From: a virus
Taxonomy: Duplodnaviria; Caudoviricetes
Virus record (IMG/VR): IMGVR_UViG_3300006169_000166
Coordinates: 4,590 to 68,589 of that record
Direction: 5' to 3' (one strand)
Length of the DNA: 64,000 nt
The position numbers and the translations under genes are program-made. The stretch's first letter is position 1; every line of letters starts with the position of its first letter. The notes under the pieces were generated by a model. The model saw only the letters and a list, made by a program, of their open reading frames with translations, was not told where the DNA came from and made no database searches. Shown here in pieces: positions 1-9,193 of this stretch.

Positions 1-115
1 TCGAACTGATAGTCGCGCAGCGGGGCCGGGGAAATAAGGTCGTCGCGCAGCGGCAGGCGCAGATGCGGCAGCCCATCGACGATGGACAGGAGCAGCCAGT
101 TGCGGGCGAGTCCGC

Positions 116-2092
116 TCACGCCGCGAGCGACAGCGCCAGCCACCCGAGCCGGTCGCGCTTATAGACGCGCACCTTCACCGGCGGCGGAGGGCGTCGGTCG
201 GCGCCGATCGCCATCATAATTTCGCGCGCCTCGTTGATGTAGGCCTCATAGTCGATGTCGATGGGCAGTTCGTCGGGCAGCTCCATCACCGGGCGGCAGC
301 CGTCTGTCTTGCTGACCTTCTTGAAGTTGCCGGTCGTCGGGTGAGGCTTCGAATAAAGGATCGCATCGCCGTCGCGCGACCAGATGAACCGCACCACCTT
401 GCCGAGATATTGCCCGCGCCAGGTGCCGCCGCCCTGCACGTTCACGACGGTGACGAACTGCCTTATGTCGGTGCAGCCGCGGATCGTCTGATCGAGCGGC
501 GTGCCGTGCTTCAGATATTCGACGACCGCGTCCGCGCAGATGTTCATGCTCGGCGTCGTCATCATCTGGGTGCGGATGTCGGGCGGGCTTTCGAAGCCGG
601 GGTTCGCCAGCTTGCCCTTGCGCTTGACCTTCCCCTTCTCGGTGGTCGCGGTGTAACTGTTGACCGACTGCGAGTAGAGGCCCGCGTAAGGCGTGGATTC
701 GAGCAGGAATCCCGTCTCGGTCTCCCAATGCTTGGTGATCGCTGCGAGTTCCGCCTCGCGGTCGCGGCGGCAATGGAACACGATGCCGTCGGTGTTCGCC
801 GAGACGACGCGGATCCCGGCCGCTTCGGCGCGGTCGATCAGCATCAGCAGCGCCAGTTGCCCGGTCAACGTGACGGCGATCATCAGGTGCGGTGCGTAGA
901 GGATCGAATAGCGGCTGCCGAGCTTCCCGAAGCAGCCGTTGAGGCTGATTTTCAGCCCCGCCTCCATCGTCTTGCTGCGGGTATATTCGGCTTCTTCCTC
1001 GGCCGTCAGCACCCGTTGCTTGCGGAGGTCGTCGAGATCCTTTGCCCGATCCTTCGCGGCCAGTCGGCGGTCGAAGATTTCGCGGAACACCTTGAGGAAG
1101 GTCTGGCCGAGCGAGCGGGGGTAGAGGCCGGAGCCGAGGATGATGCGCGGATAATATGACGAGACGTCATAATCGACGAGCAAATGCTCCTCGTCGGCGA
1201 CGACCGCGCATTCCTTCTCGTTCGAGTGAAGCCCGCCGATCCCCATCGTGTAGAGGCCCTGATTGATGCGCACCTTGCGCTTTTCGAGCCAGGGCGGTAG
1301 GTCGACCTTGCCATCGGATTTGACGACGAACTGCGTTTCGCGAAGCCGTTCGAGCACGTCCTTGAGTTCCGGATGCTCGAAATACAGCCAGTCCGGGATA
1401 TTGTAGGGGAAGGAATAGCCTGCGGGCGTTTCGACCCGCTCGGCACGGCGTCCGGTCGCCTTCTCGACCTGACTCTTGATGATCGCTTCGCCGATCTGGC
1501 TGTCCGACTTGGACATGAAATTCTGCTTGTAGTCCGCGCCCAGCGCCTCGCGCAGTTCAAGCGCGGATTTCAGCGCGATCCGCACGACCTCGGTCGCATC
1601 GAGGTCGTTGTCGTTATATTCGGCGATCGCCACCATCTGCTCGACCGTCAGCGTCGCGTCCGGCTCGATGGGCAGATCCTGCATCTTCTTGCCGTGCAGC
1701 CGGCCGTTGAGCGTCTTGAGGCTCGCGAAAGCGTTCGGCTGCGGCTCGATCATGTCGACATGATCGAGGTCGCGCGGGATGTCGACGCCAAGCAGCTTGG
1801 GTGCGTCCCAGTAGCGGACGTTGCCCTGGATGATGCGGTCGCTGGCCTGCTTCAGCTGCGCGTTGCTCGCGCCTTTGAGCGCATAGAAGATGAGCGGGAC
1901 ATCGTAGGTCTGCCCGTTATAGGTGACGACCCGATGATTGAGCAGAACCCGGCGCAGCCGATCCTTGTCGAACTGCGGCGAGCGCTCGGAGAGTTCGAAA
2001 CGCAGGCGCGTGCCGTCACTCAGGCGTTTCAGCCCGACGAGGAAGAAATTACGGTAGGTTTCGATGTCGCAGGCGACTTCGGGTTTGGTCAC
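116..2092 (-). CDS. Family B DNA polymerase with N-terminal 3'-5' exonuclease
   Basis: DIETY exo motif; PolB motifs DVSSYYP, KISLNGCFGK, NTDGI; GTG start overlaps the upstream TGA. Confidence 0.88.
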   Translation of the reverse strand: MTKPEVACDIETYRNFFLVGLKRLSDGTRLRFELSERSPQFDKDRLRRVLLNHRVVTYNGQTYDVPLIFYALKGASNAQLKQASDRIIQGNVRYWDAPKLLGVDIPRDLDHVDMIEPQPNAFASLKTLNGRLHGKKMQDLPIEPDATLTVEQMVAIAEYNDNDLDATEVVRIALKSALELREALGADYKQNFMSKSDSQIGEAIIKSQVEKATGRRAERVETPAGYSFPYNIPDWLYFEHPELKDVLERLRETQFVVKSDGKVDLPPWLEKRKVRINQGLYTMGIGGLHSNEKECAVVADEEHLLVDYDVSSYYPRIILGSGLYPRSLGQTFLKVFREIFDRRLAAKDRAKDLDDLRKQRVLTAEEEAEYTRSKTMEAGLKISLNGCFGKLGSRYSILYAPHLMIAVTLTGQLALLMLIDRAEAAGIRVVSANTDGIVFHCRRDREAELAAITKHWETETGFLLESTPYAGLYSQSVNSYTATTEKGKVKRKGKLANPGFESPPDIRTQMMTTPSMNICADAVVEYLKHGTPLDQTIRGCTDIRQFVTVVNVQGGGTWRGQYLGKVVRFIWSRDGDAILYSKPHPTTGNFKKVSKTDGCRPVMELPDELPIDIDYEAYINEAREIMMAIGADRRPPPPVKVRVYKRDRLGWLALSLAA

Positions 2093-2643
2093 GATGCGTC
2101 GGCCCAATCGAAAACTTCGTCGTAAGGGACGAACTTCCACCCTTCATATTTGAGGGTCAGGCGCGCGAAGCGATGAACCGAAGCGCTTAACTCTTGTCCC
2201 TCACGACGCCTCCGAAGCTGGAAGGATTTCGCCGACCGGTCAAAGACATAGTCAGGATGCCGGATCAGTTGTTTGCCATTGAACGAAATCCGGCAGATTC
2301 CAAAATCGAAGCGTTCGAGAATGGCATCGAGGGGCCAGTCCACCATTACGATTTGCACGGGCGGGCAGTCGTCGAACGCGCAATCAATGCAGCCGGTGAG
2401 GTCGTTGCCGTCGCCGACCGGATAGAGCGTGTCCGTGTCAAGTTCCGCGCACGTCAGCCCCGCCTTAATGAGCCGGTTCCGCAGACGCTCAAGGTCATCC
2501 ACGCCGCGCCCGTGAACGAATATGTCGATGTCCTTTACCGGGCGGTCGTTATCGAGGTCGCGCAGGCACCCGCCTGCCATGACCGCAGGGCAAACACTCT
2601 GAACGGCGGCAAGCGCCGCCTCCCACTGATCAGGAATATCCAT
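2089..2643 (-). CDS. Nucleotidyltransferase (CCA-adding/poly(A) polymerase head-like)
   Basis: AGGCLRD...VKDIDIFV and FDFGIC motifs. Confidence 0.7.
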   Translation of the reverse strand: MDIPDQWEAALAAVQSVCPAVMAGGCLRDLDNDRPVKDIDIFVHGRGVDDLERLRNRLIKAGLTCAELDTDTLYPVGDGNDLTGCIDCAFDDCPPVQIVMVDWPLDAILERFDFGICRISFNGKQLIRHPDYVFDRSAKSFQLRRRREGQELSASVHRFARLTLKYEGWKFVPYDEVFDWADAS

Positions 2644-2665
2644 GCTTCAGCCCTCCGGCGAATGC

Positions 2666-2712
2666 CGGCTGCCCTCGGAGATTATGACTCCGAACCCCGA
2701 GGGCAGCCGAAC
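2666..2712 (-). promoter_or_regulatory. Intergenic hairpin, possible processing or attenuation site
   Basis: 12-bp perfect stem GGCTGCCCTCGG/CCGAGGGCAGCC between the SSB and NTase genes; no U-tract. Confidence 0.45.
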
Positions 2713-2717
2713 CTCGC

Positions 2718-3419
2718 TTAGCCGATGTTGAAGTCGTCTTGCGGAGCCGAAGCGGCGGGTTTCGGAGCGCCGCCCATGTCGTCCTGCGGGACGTCGACTT
2801 CGTCGAACGCCGCATCGACATCGACGCCGCGGCTCGCGAAGGCTTCGCCATCCTTGGCGAACTGGATCGCCTCGAGGCTGGCGTTGATGCGCGACTTCTT
2901 ACCGTTATCACCCACATAGCCGTAGATGCGAATGATCGCGTTCACATAGCAGCCGGAATAAGGCGCGTAGGGGTCGCCCTCGTTCAGTTCGGCGAAGCGG
3001 CCGTCGGCGCCCTTGCGCGGCCCGATGACCTTGACCGGCCGCTTCTTCGTCCCGGCCTTGATCTGGTTCCACTCGTCGAGCTTCACCGGACGGTTGGCGG
3101 AGACGTAAAGGCAGCCTGCATAACCGTCATAGAGCGCTTTCGCCTCGTTCGTCGCTGCATCGACCGGTTCGCCATCGCGCAGGCAAAGCTGGTCGGCGCC
3201 GAACGCGGGCGGCGATTGGCCCCAGGTATTGATCCGCGCCTTCGCCATCGCATCCTTGACGAGCTGAATCGTCGCGGCGTCGGTTTTCGGGATCAGCAGT
3301 GCGCAGTTGAAATTCTTGCCAGTCACATTCCCGGCGTCGTCCTTGCGGTCCTGCGGGTCGAACACCCGGAAGAACGACAGGCGCACGCCTTGCAGCTTCA
3401 CTTCAATATCATCGGCCAT
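2718..3419 (-). CDS. DUF2815-family ssDNA-binding protein
   Basis: VRLSF, YSGCYVNA, NASLEAIQFAKDGEAF motifs, acidic tail, position beside Cas4-like nuclease and Pol. Confidence 0.85.
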   Translation of the reverse strand: MADDIEVKLQGVRLSFFRVFDPQDRKDDAGNVTGKNFNCALLIPKTDAATIQLVKDAMAKARINTWGQSPPAFGADQLCLRDGEPVDAATNEAKALYDGYAGCLYVSANRPVKLDEWNQIKAGTKKRPVKVIGPRKGADGRFAELNEGDPYAPYSGCYVNAIIRIYGYVGDNGKKSRINASLEAIQFAKDGEAFASRGVDVDAAFDEVDVPQDDMGGAPKPAASAPQDDFNIG

Positions 3420-4605
3420 TCTCAATCTCCACTTCATCAAACTTCTGCTCGAGCGGCGCGATGGCCGGGCGAGCGTCCTGGTCGCTGACCAACACCGGCT
3501 TGCGTGAGCCGCGGCAGATCAGTTTCTCGATTGCGGCGAAATCCTCCGCCCCGAGCTCTTTCGACACCTGTGTCGGCGTCTTGATTCGCTTGCTGAACCG
3601 GCCGTCACCGAGCAGGGGCGCGAGTTGCGTGTCCGCCTGCTCGGGGTCGAACCACTTGTCGGGCGACTTGCGCCCTTCGACGGCCTTCAACCCTCCGGAG
3701 GGAAGGCCGCGCAACGCATCGTCGAGGTGCTGGTTGTGCAGCGTGTCGAGCCAGTTCTCGAACAATTTGCGGTGGCGCAGGATGTGCGCGCGGCGCTCCG
3801 GCGTCATACCCATCAGCGGCAGGAACGGCGGGGCGGCGATCGCGATGTCGTCGTCTATCTCGCCGAACTTGCTTCCGATAACGTCGAGCATGAACTCGTC
3901 GAAGGTCGGGCAGCCGCCTGGAGCGATACGGCGGCGGCACCATTTGCAACCCTTCTCGGTCGCCGCGCGAGGCGCAAACGGGTCCTGCGTCGCGAGGGAT
4001 GCTGCACGAGCCTGTTCCCCGAAGTCGAGCAGGTCGCCAAGCGTCGTGTACCACTCTCCCCCGCCGCCCGAGCAACGGGGCTGGTCGACGACCAGGAGGA
4101 AACGGGTGCTGCGCGCGCCGTGAGTCTCGCGGCAGTGCTTGTGCCAGAAGCCGAGCGCGTAGAGCATCATCTGCTTGTTCTCGACGGCCTCGACGGGCAG
4201 GCCCCTGCCCCACTTGAGGTCGTCGATGACGATTAGGTCCGGCAGGATAACGCCGCGGTCGAGCGTCCCGAACTGGTCGGGTCCGAGCCAGTGGGAAAGG
4301 TCGACGCGATGCTCGCCGAAGAAACGGCCGCCGAACGACCGGATATAGTTGATGCCGAACGCAAGTTCGTCGGCGTCGTCCACCGTCCATTCGAAGTTGA
4401 AGCCTTCGATGGTTCCCCGGTGTCCGATGAAATCGTAAGGATCGAGTCCGAGGTCGAGGCAGAGCTCGCTGATATGGTGCGCGAAGGTGCCCTCGGCGGC
4501 AAACTCGCTGGTATCGTCCGGGAGTCCCTCCTGCGCGGCAACGCTGCCGGCGCAGTTCATCCAGGTCTCGGCACCGGACGGAGAAAGTTTGGCGTGGGCG
4601 GTCAA
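3409..4605 (-). CDS. DUF2800 Cas4-like PD-(D/E)XK exonuclease
   Basis: HAKLSPS...C, AAEGTFAH, FGTLD, DLKWGRG, QMMLYALG, CKWC. Confidence 0.88.
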   Translation of the reverse strand: MTAHAKLSPSGAETWMNCAGSVAAQEGLPDDTSEFAAEGTFAHHISELCLDLGLDPYDFIGHRGTIEGFNFEWTVDDADELAFGINYIRSFGGRFFGEHRVDLSHWLGPDQFGTLDRGVILPDLIVIDDLKWGRGLPVEAVENKQMMLYALGFWHKHCRETHGARSTRFLLVVDQPRCSGGGGEWYTTLGDLLDFGEQARAASLATQDPFAPRAATEKGCKWCRRRIAPGGCPTFDEFMLDVIGSKFGEIDDDIAIAAPPFLPLMGMTPERRAHILRHRKLFENWLDTLHNQHLDDALRGLPSGGLKAVEGRKSPDKWFDPEQADTQLAPLLGDGRFSKRIKTPTQVSKELGAEDFAAIEKLICRGSRKPVLVSDQDARPAIAPLEQKFDEVEIENGR

Positions 4606-4829
4606 AGCCGACCCTCGTCGCGGGCGTTATTCAGATAGGTGACGACAGCTTCCGCAAACGCGGCCTCAGGGGAATCCGGGTCTAGCCGGTGTTGCGCAGT
4701 GACGATGTCATCCCAGAGCGAAGCCTCTCGGTCGCGCACTTCCTCGAGCTCGATGCACCGGCCACAGCGCGTTTCACCCAAGCGGGCTGTGTTGCCACAG
4801 CGGCAGGCGAGCTTTCCAGGTTCAGCCAT
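4602..4829 (-). CDS. Small Cys-rich hypothetical protein
   Basis: CxC...CxxC; coupled stop/start. Confidence 0.55.
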   Translation of the reverse strand: MAEPGKLACRCGNTARLGETRCGRCIELEEVRDREASLWDDIVTAQHRLDPDSPEAAFAEAVVTYLNNARDEGRL

Positions 4830-4916
4830 GTTTCGCTCCAAACGCGAGCGCCGCCATGCCGAGCGCGGCCGCAATGCGGTCGTTCAGGGACATGACGGCG
4901 CTCACCACCCCTCCGG

Positions 4917-5069
4917 TCAGGCTGACAGGAGTTCGATCAGATAGTCGGCACGGGCCGCCGCCAGCGCTGCGGGATCTTCCACTCCCGCAGTGCTGGCGGC
5001 GGCCTCGGCTTCCCACTTCTCGAACGCAGCGATCAGCTTGGACCGCGTGGTTTCGATGATCGACTCCAT
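4917..5069 (-). CDS. Small hypothetical protein (50 aa)
   Basis: MESIIETTRSK...IELLSA read manually; fills operon gap. Confidence 0.5.
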   Translation of the reverse strand: MESIIETTRSKLIAAFEKWEAEAAASTAGVEDPAALAAARADYLIELLSA

Positions 5070-5074
5070 GTCGA

Positions 5075-5650
5075 TCAGCCGATGTTGAAGTCGTCGCCGC
5101 CGGCGGTCGCCGGAGCGCCGTCGTCCTGCGTGACATCGCCGTCGAAGTCGTAATCGTGGCTGAAGTTGACCGGCAGGCCTTCGTTCAGCCGGCGCAGGAA
5201 GAACAGCGCCTGCTTGCGTTCGTCCGCGCCGTTGATGCCGGTCTCGCCGACGAGCGTCGCGGTTCCGAAATGGGTCGTGATGGCCTTGATCTGGCCGCCC
5301 CTCTCCGCACGGGCGGCAGCGTCCTGGCCTGCGCCCGCGATATAGGTCTGGGCGGCGTTGCGCAGGTCATCCTCGGTGACTTCCGGCGTCGTCGCAGTAG
5401 GGGATGGTGCAGCAGCGTCTGAGGCGGCGGCAGTCGACGGGGCTGATGCACCGTTTCCCGCGTCCGTCGCGGCAGGCGCTTCGGCCTCGGCCTTCTTGCG
5501 GCTGCGGCTGGCCGGCTTAGGGGTTCCGCTGGCTGCGGCGTCGGTCAGTTGCGCGAGCGCAGCTTCGCGTCCCGCATTCATCACCTTCATTTCGGCGGTG
5601 TTTTCCTGCACCGCGGCAGTCAGCGCCTCGATGGCGGCTTCAATCGACAT
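5075..5650 (-). CDS. Hypothetical protein leading the replication operon
   Basis: MSIEAAIEALTAAV start with AGGAG RBS; Ala/Pro linker; ends DDFNIG. Confidence 0.75.
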   Translation of the reverse strand: MSIEAAIEALTAAVQENTAEMKVMNAGREAALAQLTDAAASGTPKPASRSRKKAEAEAPAATDAGNGASAPSTAAASDAAAPSPTATTPEVTEDDLRNAAQTYIAGAGQDAAARAERGGQIKAITTHFGTATLVGETGINGADERKQALFFLRRLNEGLPVNFSHDYDFDGDVTQDDGAPATAGGDDFNIG

Positions 5651-5815
5651 TTCTGCACTCCCTCTAGTCGGTTTGGCCCCGCCGCTCCGGCGAGTCGGGC
5701 TGTCTTGAACCACATCCGAAACTCTTAATCAACTATTTAGTGAGCACACACGCGTCAGTTGATTAGTCGGATTGGCGGGGTTAGGTTCGGGGCCGACCGG
5801 GAGGAGCGAATCGCA

Positions 5816-6124
5816 ATGGAAGTCACCGAGGCACAGCCGCGATTGGAATGGATGAACACGGAACTTTACCGTGTGCTGTCCGCGACCTTTCCCGAGATTC
5901 GCACAGAGCAGCAGAAGGTGCTCGACGTCGAAAAGCTGGCCGAAGAAATCGGTATGAGCGCGGAGGGCATCTACAAATGGTTCCGCAAGGGCCGCATCCT
6001 CTCGCCCCGCGGTCTCGGCAAGATCGTCGAACTGGCGAACTCACCGGAAAATGTCGCGGCGCTTGAGCGCGCGGGACGAACGCCTCCCACCAAGCAGGAT
6101 TTTGCGCGCCTGATGATCCCCTGA
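5816..6124 (+). CDS. Cro-like HTH regulator
   Basis: VEKLAEEIGMSAEGIYKWFR; divergent from the replication operon. Confidence 0.75.
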   Translation: MEVTEAQPRLEWMNTELYRVLSATFPEIRTEQQKVLDVEKLAEEIGMSAEGIYKWFRKGRILSPRGLGKIVELANSPENVAALERAGRTPPTKQDFARLMIP

Positions 6125-6170
6125 CGCCTTTCGCAACACGAGTGTCCAGGGGTCAAAAGAAAGTGCGTGA

Positions 6171-8666
6171 ATGACTGCGTTCGACGAACAGGTGCTGGCG
6201 ACGATCGAACCGCTCCGCAATGCGGGCTTCGCGCTTCATTGGCTTCACCCGAAAACCAAGCGCCCCATCGGCGACGACTGGTCGACCAAGCCTGTGGCGA
6301 CACTCGACACGCTCCGTCGCCGCCACGCGCCCGGCAACAATCTCGGTGTCCGTCTGGGGGAAGTCAGCAAGCTCACCATCGGGCTTTACCTGCACGTTCT
6401 CGACATCGACATCCGCGACGATTCGCTCGCCGACGAGGCCATCCTCAAGCTGGCGGCGATGTTCCCCGGAATAGACTTCGGCGCATTTCCGGTCGTCCGC
6501 TCCGGCTCGGGCGGCAAGTCCCGCCACGTCTATTTCCTGTGCGAACGCCACTTTCGGTCGAAGGATCTCGCCAAGAGTGCGACCTTCAAGATGGTGTTCG
6601 ACGACAAGCTCGGGCGCGAGGTCAAGAAGCGCGACTGGGAAATCAGCCTGTTCGGCAGCGGGAAGCAGGTCGTGCTTCCGCCGTCGATCCACCCCGACAC
6701 CGGCCTGCCCTACAGCTGGGAGCGCGAGTTTGATCTTGGCATGCTCAGTCTCGGCGTCGGCCCGAGCATTCCGGCCGCTCGGCTCAATGCGTTGGGTGCG
6801 ATGGACTGCGAGGTCGAGGACAGCCTTGAAATCAAGCCGCCGCTCGGCCTGACGCCGGAGGAAGCCGAATCGATCCTCGACGACCTGCCGCTCGAGGAAT
6901 ATTGCGAGGACCGCGATGGCTGGGTGCAGGTCGGCATGGCGCTGCACCACGAGTTCGGCGGCGGCGAAGAGGGTTATGCCCTCTGGAGCGAATTTTCGCA
7001 GCAGTCGGCCAAGTTCGACGACAAGAACCAGCGCACCGTCTGGAACAGCTTCCGCAACAAGCCCAATTCGGTTCGCATGGCGACCCTGCGCTCGGTCGCG
7101 CAGCAGGCGCGCCTGCTCAACGCGTTCGACGAGGTTGATGTCGACGATGACTCAGGCGGCGACGGTTTCGACGACATCATCGGCACTCCGGCCGCCGAGG
7201 GCGACGAGTTCGACGCAATCATCGGCTCGGCGACCGCCCCCGCGCTTGGATGGATGTCGCTGCTCCAGGTCACCAAGGACGGCGAGGGCTGGGCGTCGAA
7301 CCTCCACAACCTCGAACTGATCGTCAAGAACGACCCCAGGCTCGCCGGCATCGCGCAGATCAACGAGTTCACGCAGGAGGTCGTTCAGCGCCTGACGCCG
7401 GGCAAGCAATCTCCGCGCCGCAAGAACCAGGCCAAGCCCGTCAAGCAACTCGAAGGCCGCGTGTGGCACGTCGAGGACGAGCTCAACGGCGAACTCTGGT
7501 CGGAGGATCGCGACTTCGCCATCCGCTCCGTCATCGAGGCACCGCAGACTCAGGGCGGATACGGGATCAAGGTCACCGACCGGGATCTTCGCGCGGCGAT
7601 CGCCCTGTCGGCGCAGGATAGCGCTTTCCACCCGGTGCGCGAATATCTGAACGGGCTGACCTGGGACGAAACGCCCCGGGTCGAGACCCTGTTCATCGAC
7701 TATCTCGGCGCCGAAGCCACCTCCTATTCCCAGAGCATCGCCCGCCTGATGATGCTCGGTGCCGTCACGCGCATCTTCGAGCCGGGCCACAAGTTCGACT
7801 TCGCGGTCATCCTCGAGGGCCTTCAGGGCAAGAGGAAATCCACCTTCATCGAAACGCTCGGGCGACGCTGGTCGGCCGAACTCGACGGCGACTTCCACGA
7901 CCCGAAGATGATGGTCGAGTTGATGCAGGGCGCGTGGATCCTGGAATTGCCGGAGCTGACCGGCTTCCAGCGCTCGGACGTTCGCGCGATCAAGGCTTTC
8001 ATCAGCCGCAAGAAGGACCGCGTGCGCATGGCCTATGCCCGCCGCGCCGGCCAGTACCCGCGGCAGTGCATCTTCATGGGGTCGACCAACGACCGCGAAT
8101 ATCTGAAGGACGACACCGGCGGGCGCCGCTTCTGGCCGATGCCCTGCTACGTCGCCGAGATCGACACCGACCGGCTCGAGGCGAACGTCGACCAGTTGTG
8201 GGCCGAGGCCACGGCGATGTACCGGCAGCTGCGCGCCGAGCAGCCGCGAGGCACCCTGCCGCTATATCTCCGGGACGACGAGGCCAAGGAGATCGCCGCA
8301 CGACTCCAGGAATCCCGCAGGCAGGAAAACTCGGACGACGGGCTTGCCGGCGTCATCGGCGCCTGGCTCGATCAGCCCGTCAACGAGGGTGGGTTTGAGG
8401 AAGTCACGGAGGACGGGCAGCCGACCTACCGCGACCGCGTCTGCCTGCCGGAAATCTGGGTCGATTGCCTCCGCGGCGACGTCAAGAATTATACGGCGAC
8501 CCAGGCGCAGGCGCTCGGCCGAGCGATGGCGAAGGGCGTCATTGCCGCCGACTGGCAGCCGCAGGGCACGCATCGCCACCCGATCTACGGCAAGCAGCGC
8601 TGCTACCGCCGCGTGACGCCGCTGGAGACGCCTGCCGGGCCGGACGAGTTCGCGGTTATCGGGTGA
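6171..8666 (+). CDS. Primase-helicase (bifunctional primase/polymerase, PriCT-2, VirE-like ATPase)
   Basis: LHWLHPKTKRP, DID, WVQVGMALHHE, Walker A GLQGKRKST, GSTN, GGRRFWP. Confidence 0.9.
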   Translation: MTAFDEQVLATIEPLRNAGFALHWLHPKTKRPIGDDWSTKPVATLDTLRRRHAPGNNLGVRLGEVSKLTIGLYLHVLDIDIRDDSLADEAILKLAAMFPGIDFGAFPVVRSGSGGKSRHVYFLCERHFRSKDLAKSATFKMVFDDKLGREVKKRDWEISLFGSGKQVVLPPSIHPDTGLPYSWEREFDLGMLSLGVGPSIPAARLNALGAMDCEVEDSLEIKPPLGLTPEEAESILDDLPLEEYCEDRDGWVQVGMALHHEFGGGEEGYALWSEFSQQSAKFDDKNQRTVWNSFRNKPNSVRMATLRSVAQQARLLNAFDEVDVDDDSGGDGFDDIIGTPAAEGDEFDAIIGSATAPALGWMSLLQVTKDGEGWASNLHNLELIVKNDPRLAGIAQINEFTQEVVQRLTPGKQSPRRKNQAKPVKQLEGRVWHVEDELNGELWSEDRDFAIRSVIEAPQTQGGYGIKVTDRDLRAAIALSAQDSAFHPVREYLNGLTWDETPRVETLFIDYLGAEATSYSQSIARLMMLGAVTRIFEPGHKFDFAVILEGLQGKRKSTFIETLGRRWSAELDGDFHDPKMMVELMQGAWILELPELTGFQRSDVRAIKAFISRKKDRVRMAYARRAGQYPRQCIFMGSTNDREYLKDDTGGRRFWPMPCYVAEIDTDRLEANVDQLWAEATAMYRQLRAEQPRGTLPLYLRDDEAKEIAARLQESRRQENSDDGLAGVIGAWLDQPVNEGGFEEVTEDGQPTYRDRVCLPEIWVDCLRGDVKNYTATQAQALGRAMAKGVIAADWQPQGTHRHPIYGKQRCYRRVTPLETPAGPDEFAVIG

Positions 8667-9193
8667 TGGCGACCGCACAGGACATCCTTGATGCGCTGAT
8701 CGCCGGCTGCGACGACAGCTTCATCTGGGCCAGTGAATTGTCGCTTTCGACCGGAGCGCGGCGCTGCGATTTCTGGACGATCGCCCCTCATCAATCGAAG
8801 GGTTATCTGGCGACCGCCTACGAGATTAAGGTCTCGCGCTCCGATTTTCGGAGGGACAATGCGGTAAAGCAGCGCGAGGCGCGTCTGTTCAGCGACCGCT
8901 TCTATTATGCGACACCTCCTGGCCTGCTCGCTCCCGAGGAAATCCCCGATTGGGCTGGTCTGATTGAGGTGACCGCCGAGAAGCGCAAAATCGTCGTTCC
9001 GGCGCCGCTCAGGGACAAGGACGCGCCGAGTTGGGAGCTCATCGTTTCACTGCTGCGCAACAGCGGCCAGATCAGGCGCGACGCAGACCTAGTTCGCAAG
9101 GAGCGCGACCGGCTGCGTCGCCAGTTGAAGGATGCGAGTGACCGCCTTCGCGCGAAGGGTGAGCAGCCGTGGCAATTCGGGATCCACGGATAG
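8666..9193 (+). CDS. MmcB-like PD-(D/E)XK nuclease-family protein
   Basis: RRCD, YEIKVSRSDF, FYYATPPGLL, WAGLI. Confidence 0.7.
   Translation: MATAQDILDALIAGCDDSFIWASELSLSTGARRCDFWTIAPHQSKGYLATAYEIKVSRSDFRRDNAVKQREARLFSDRFYYATPPGLLAPEEIPDWAGLIEVTAEKRKIVVPAPLRDKDAPSWELIVSLLRNSGQIRRDADLVRKERDRLRRQLKDASDRLRAKGEQPWQFGIHG

Noticed and set aside
1-119. Start of a further minus-strand ORF (MSGLARNWLLL...) after the polymerase
   Set aside because: Truncated by the window edge; too short to assign
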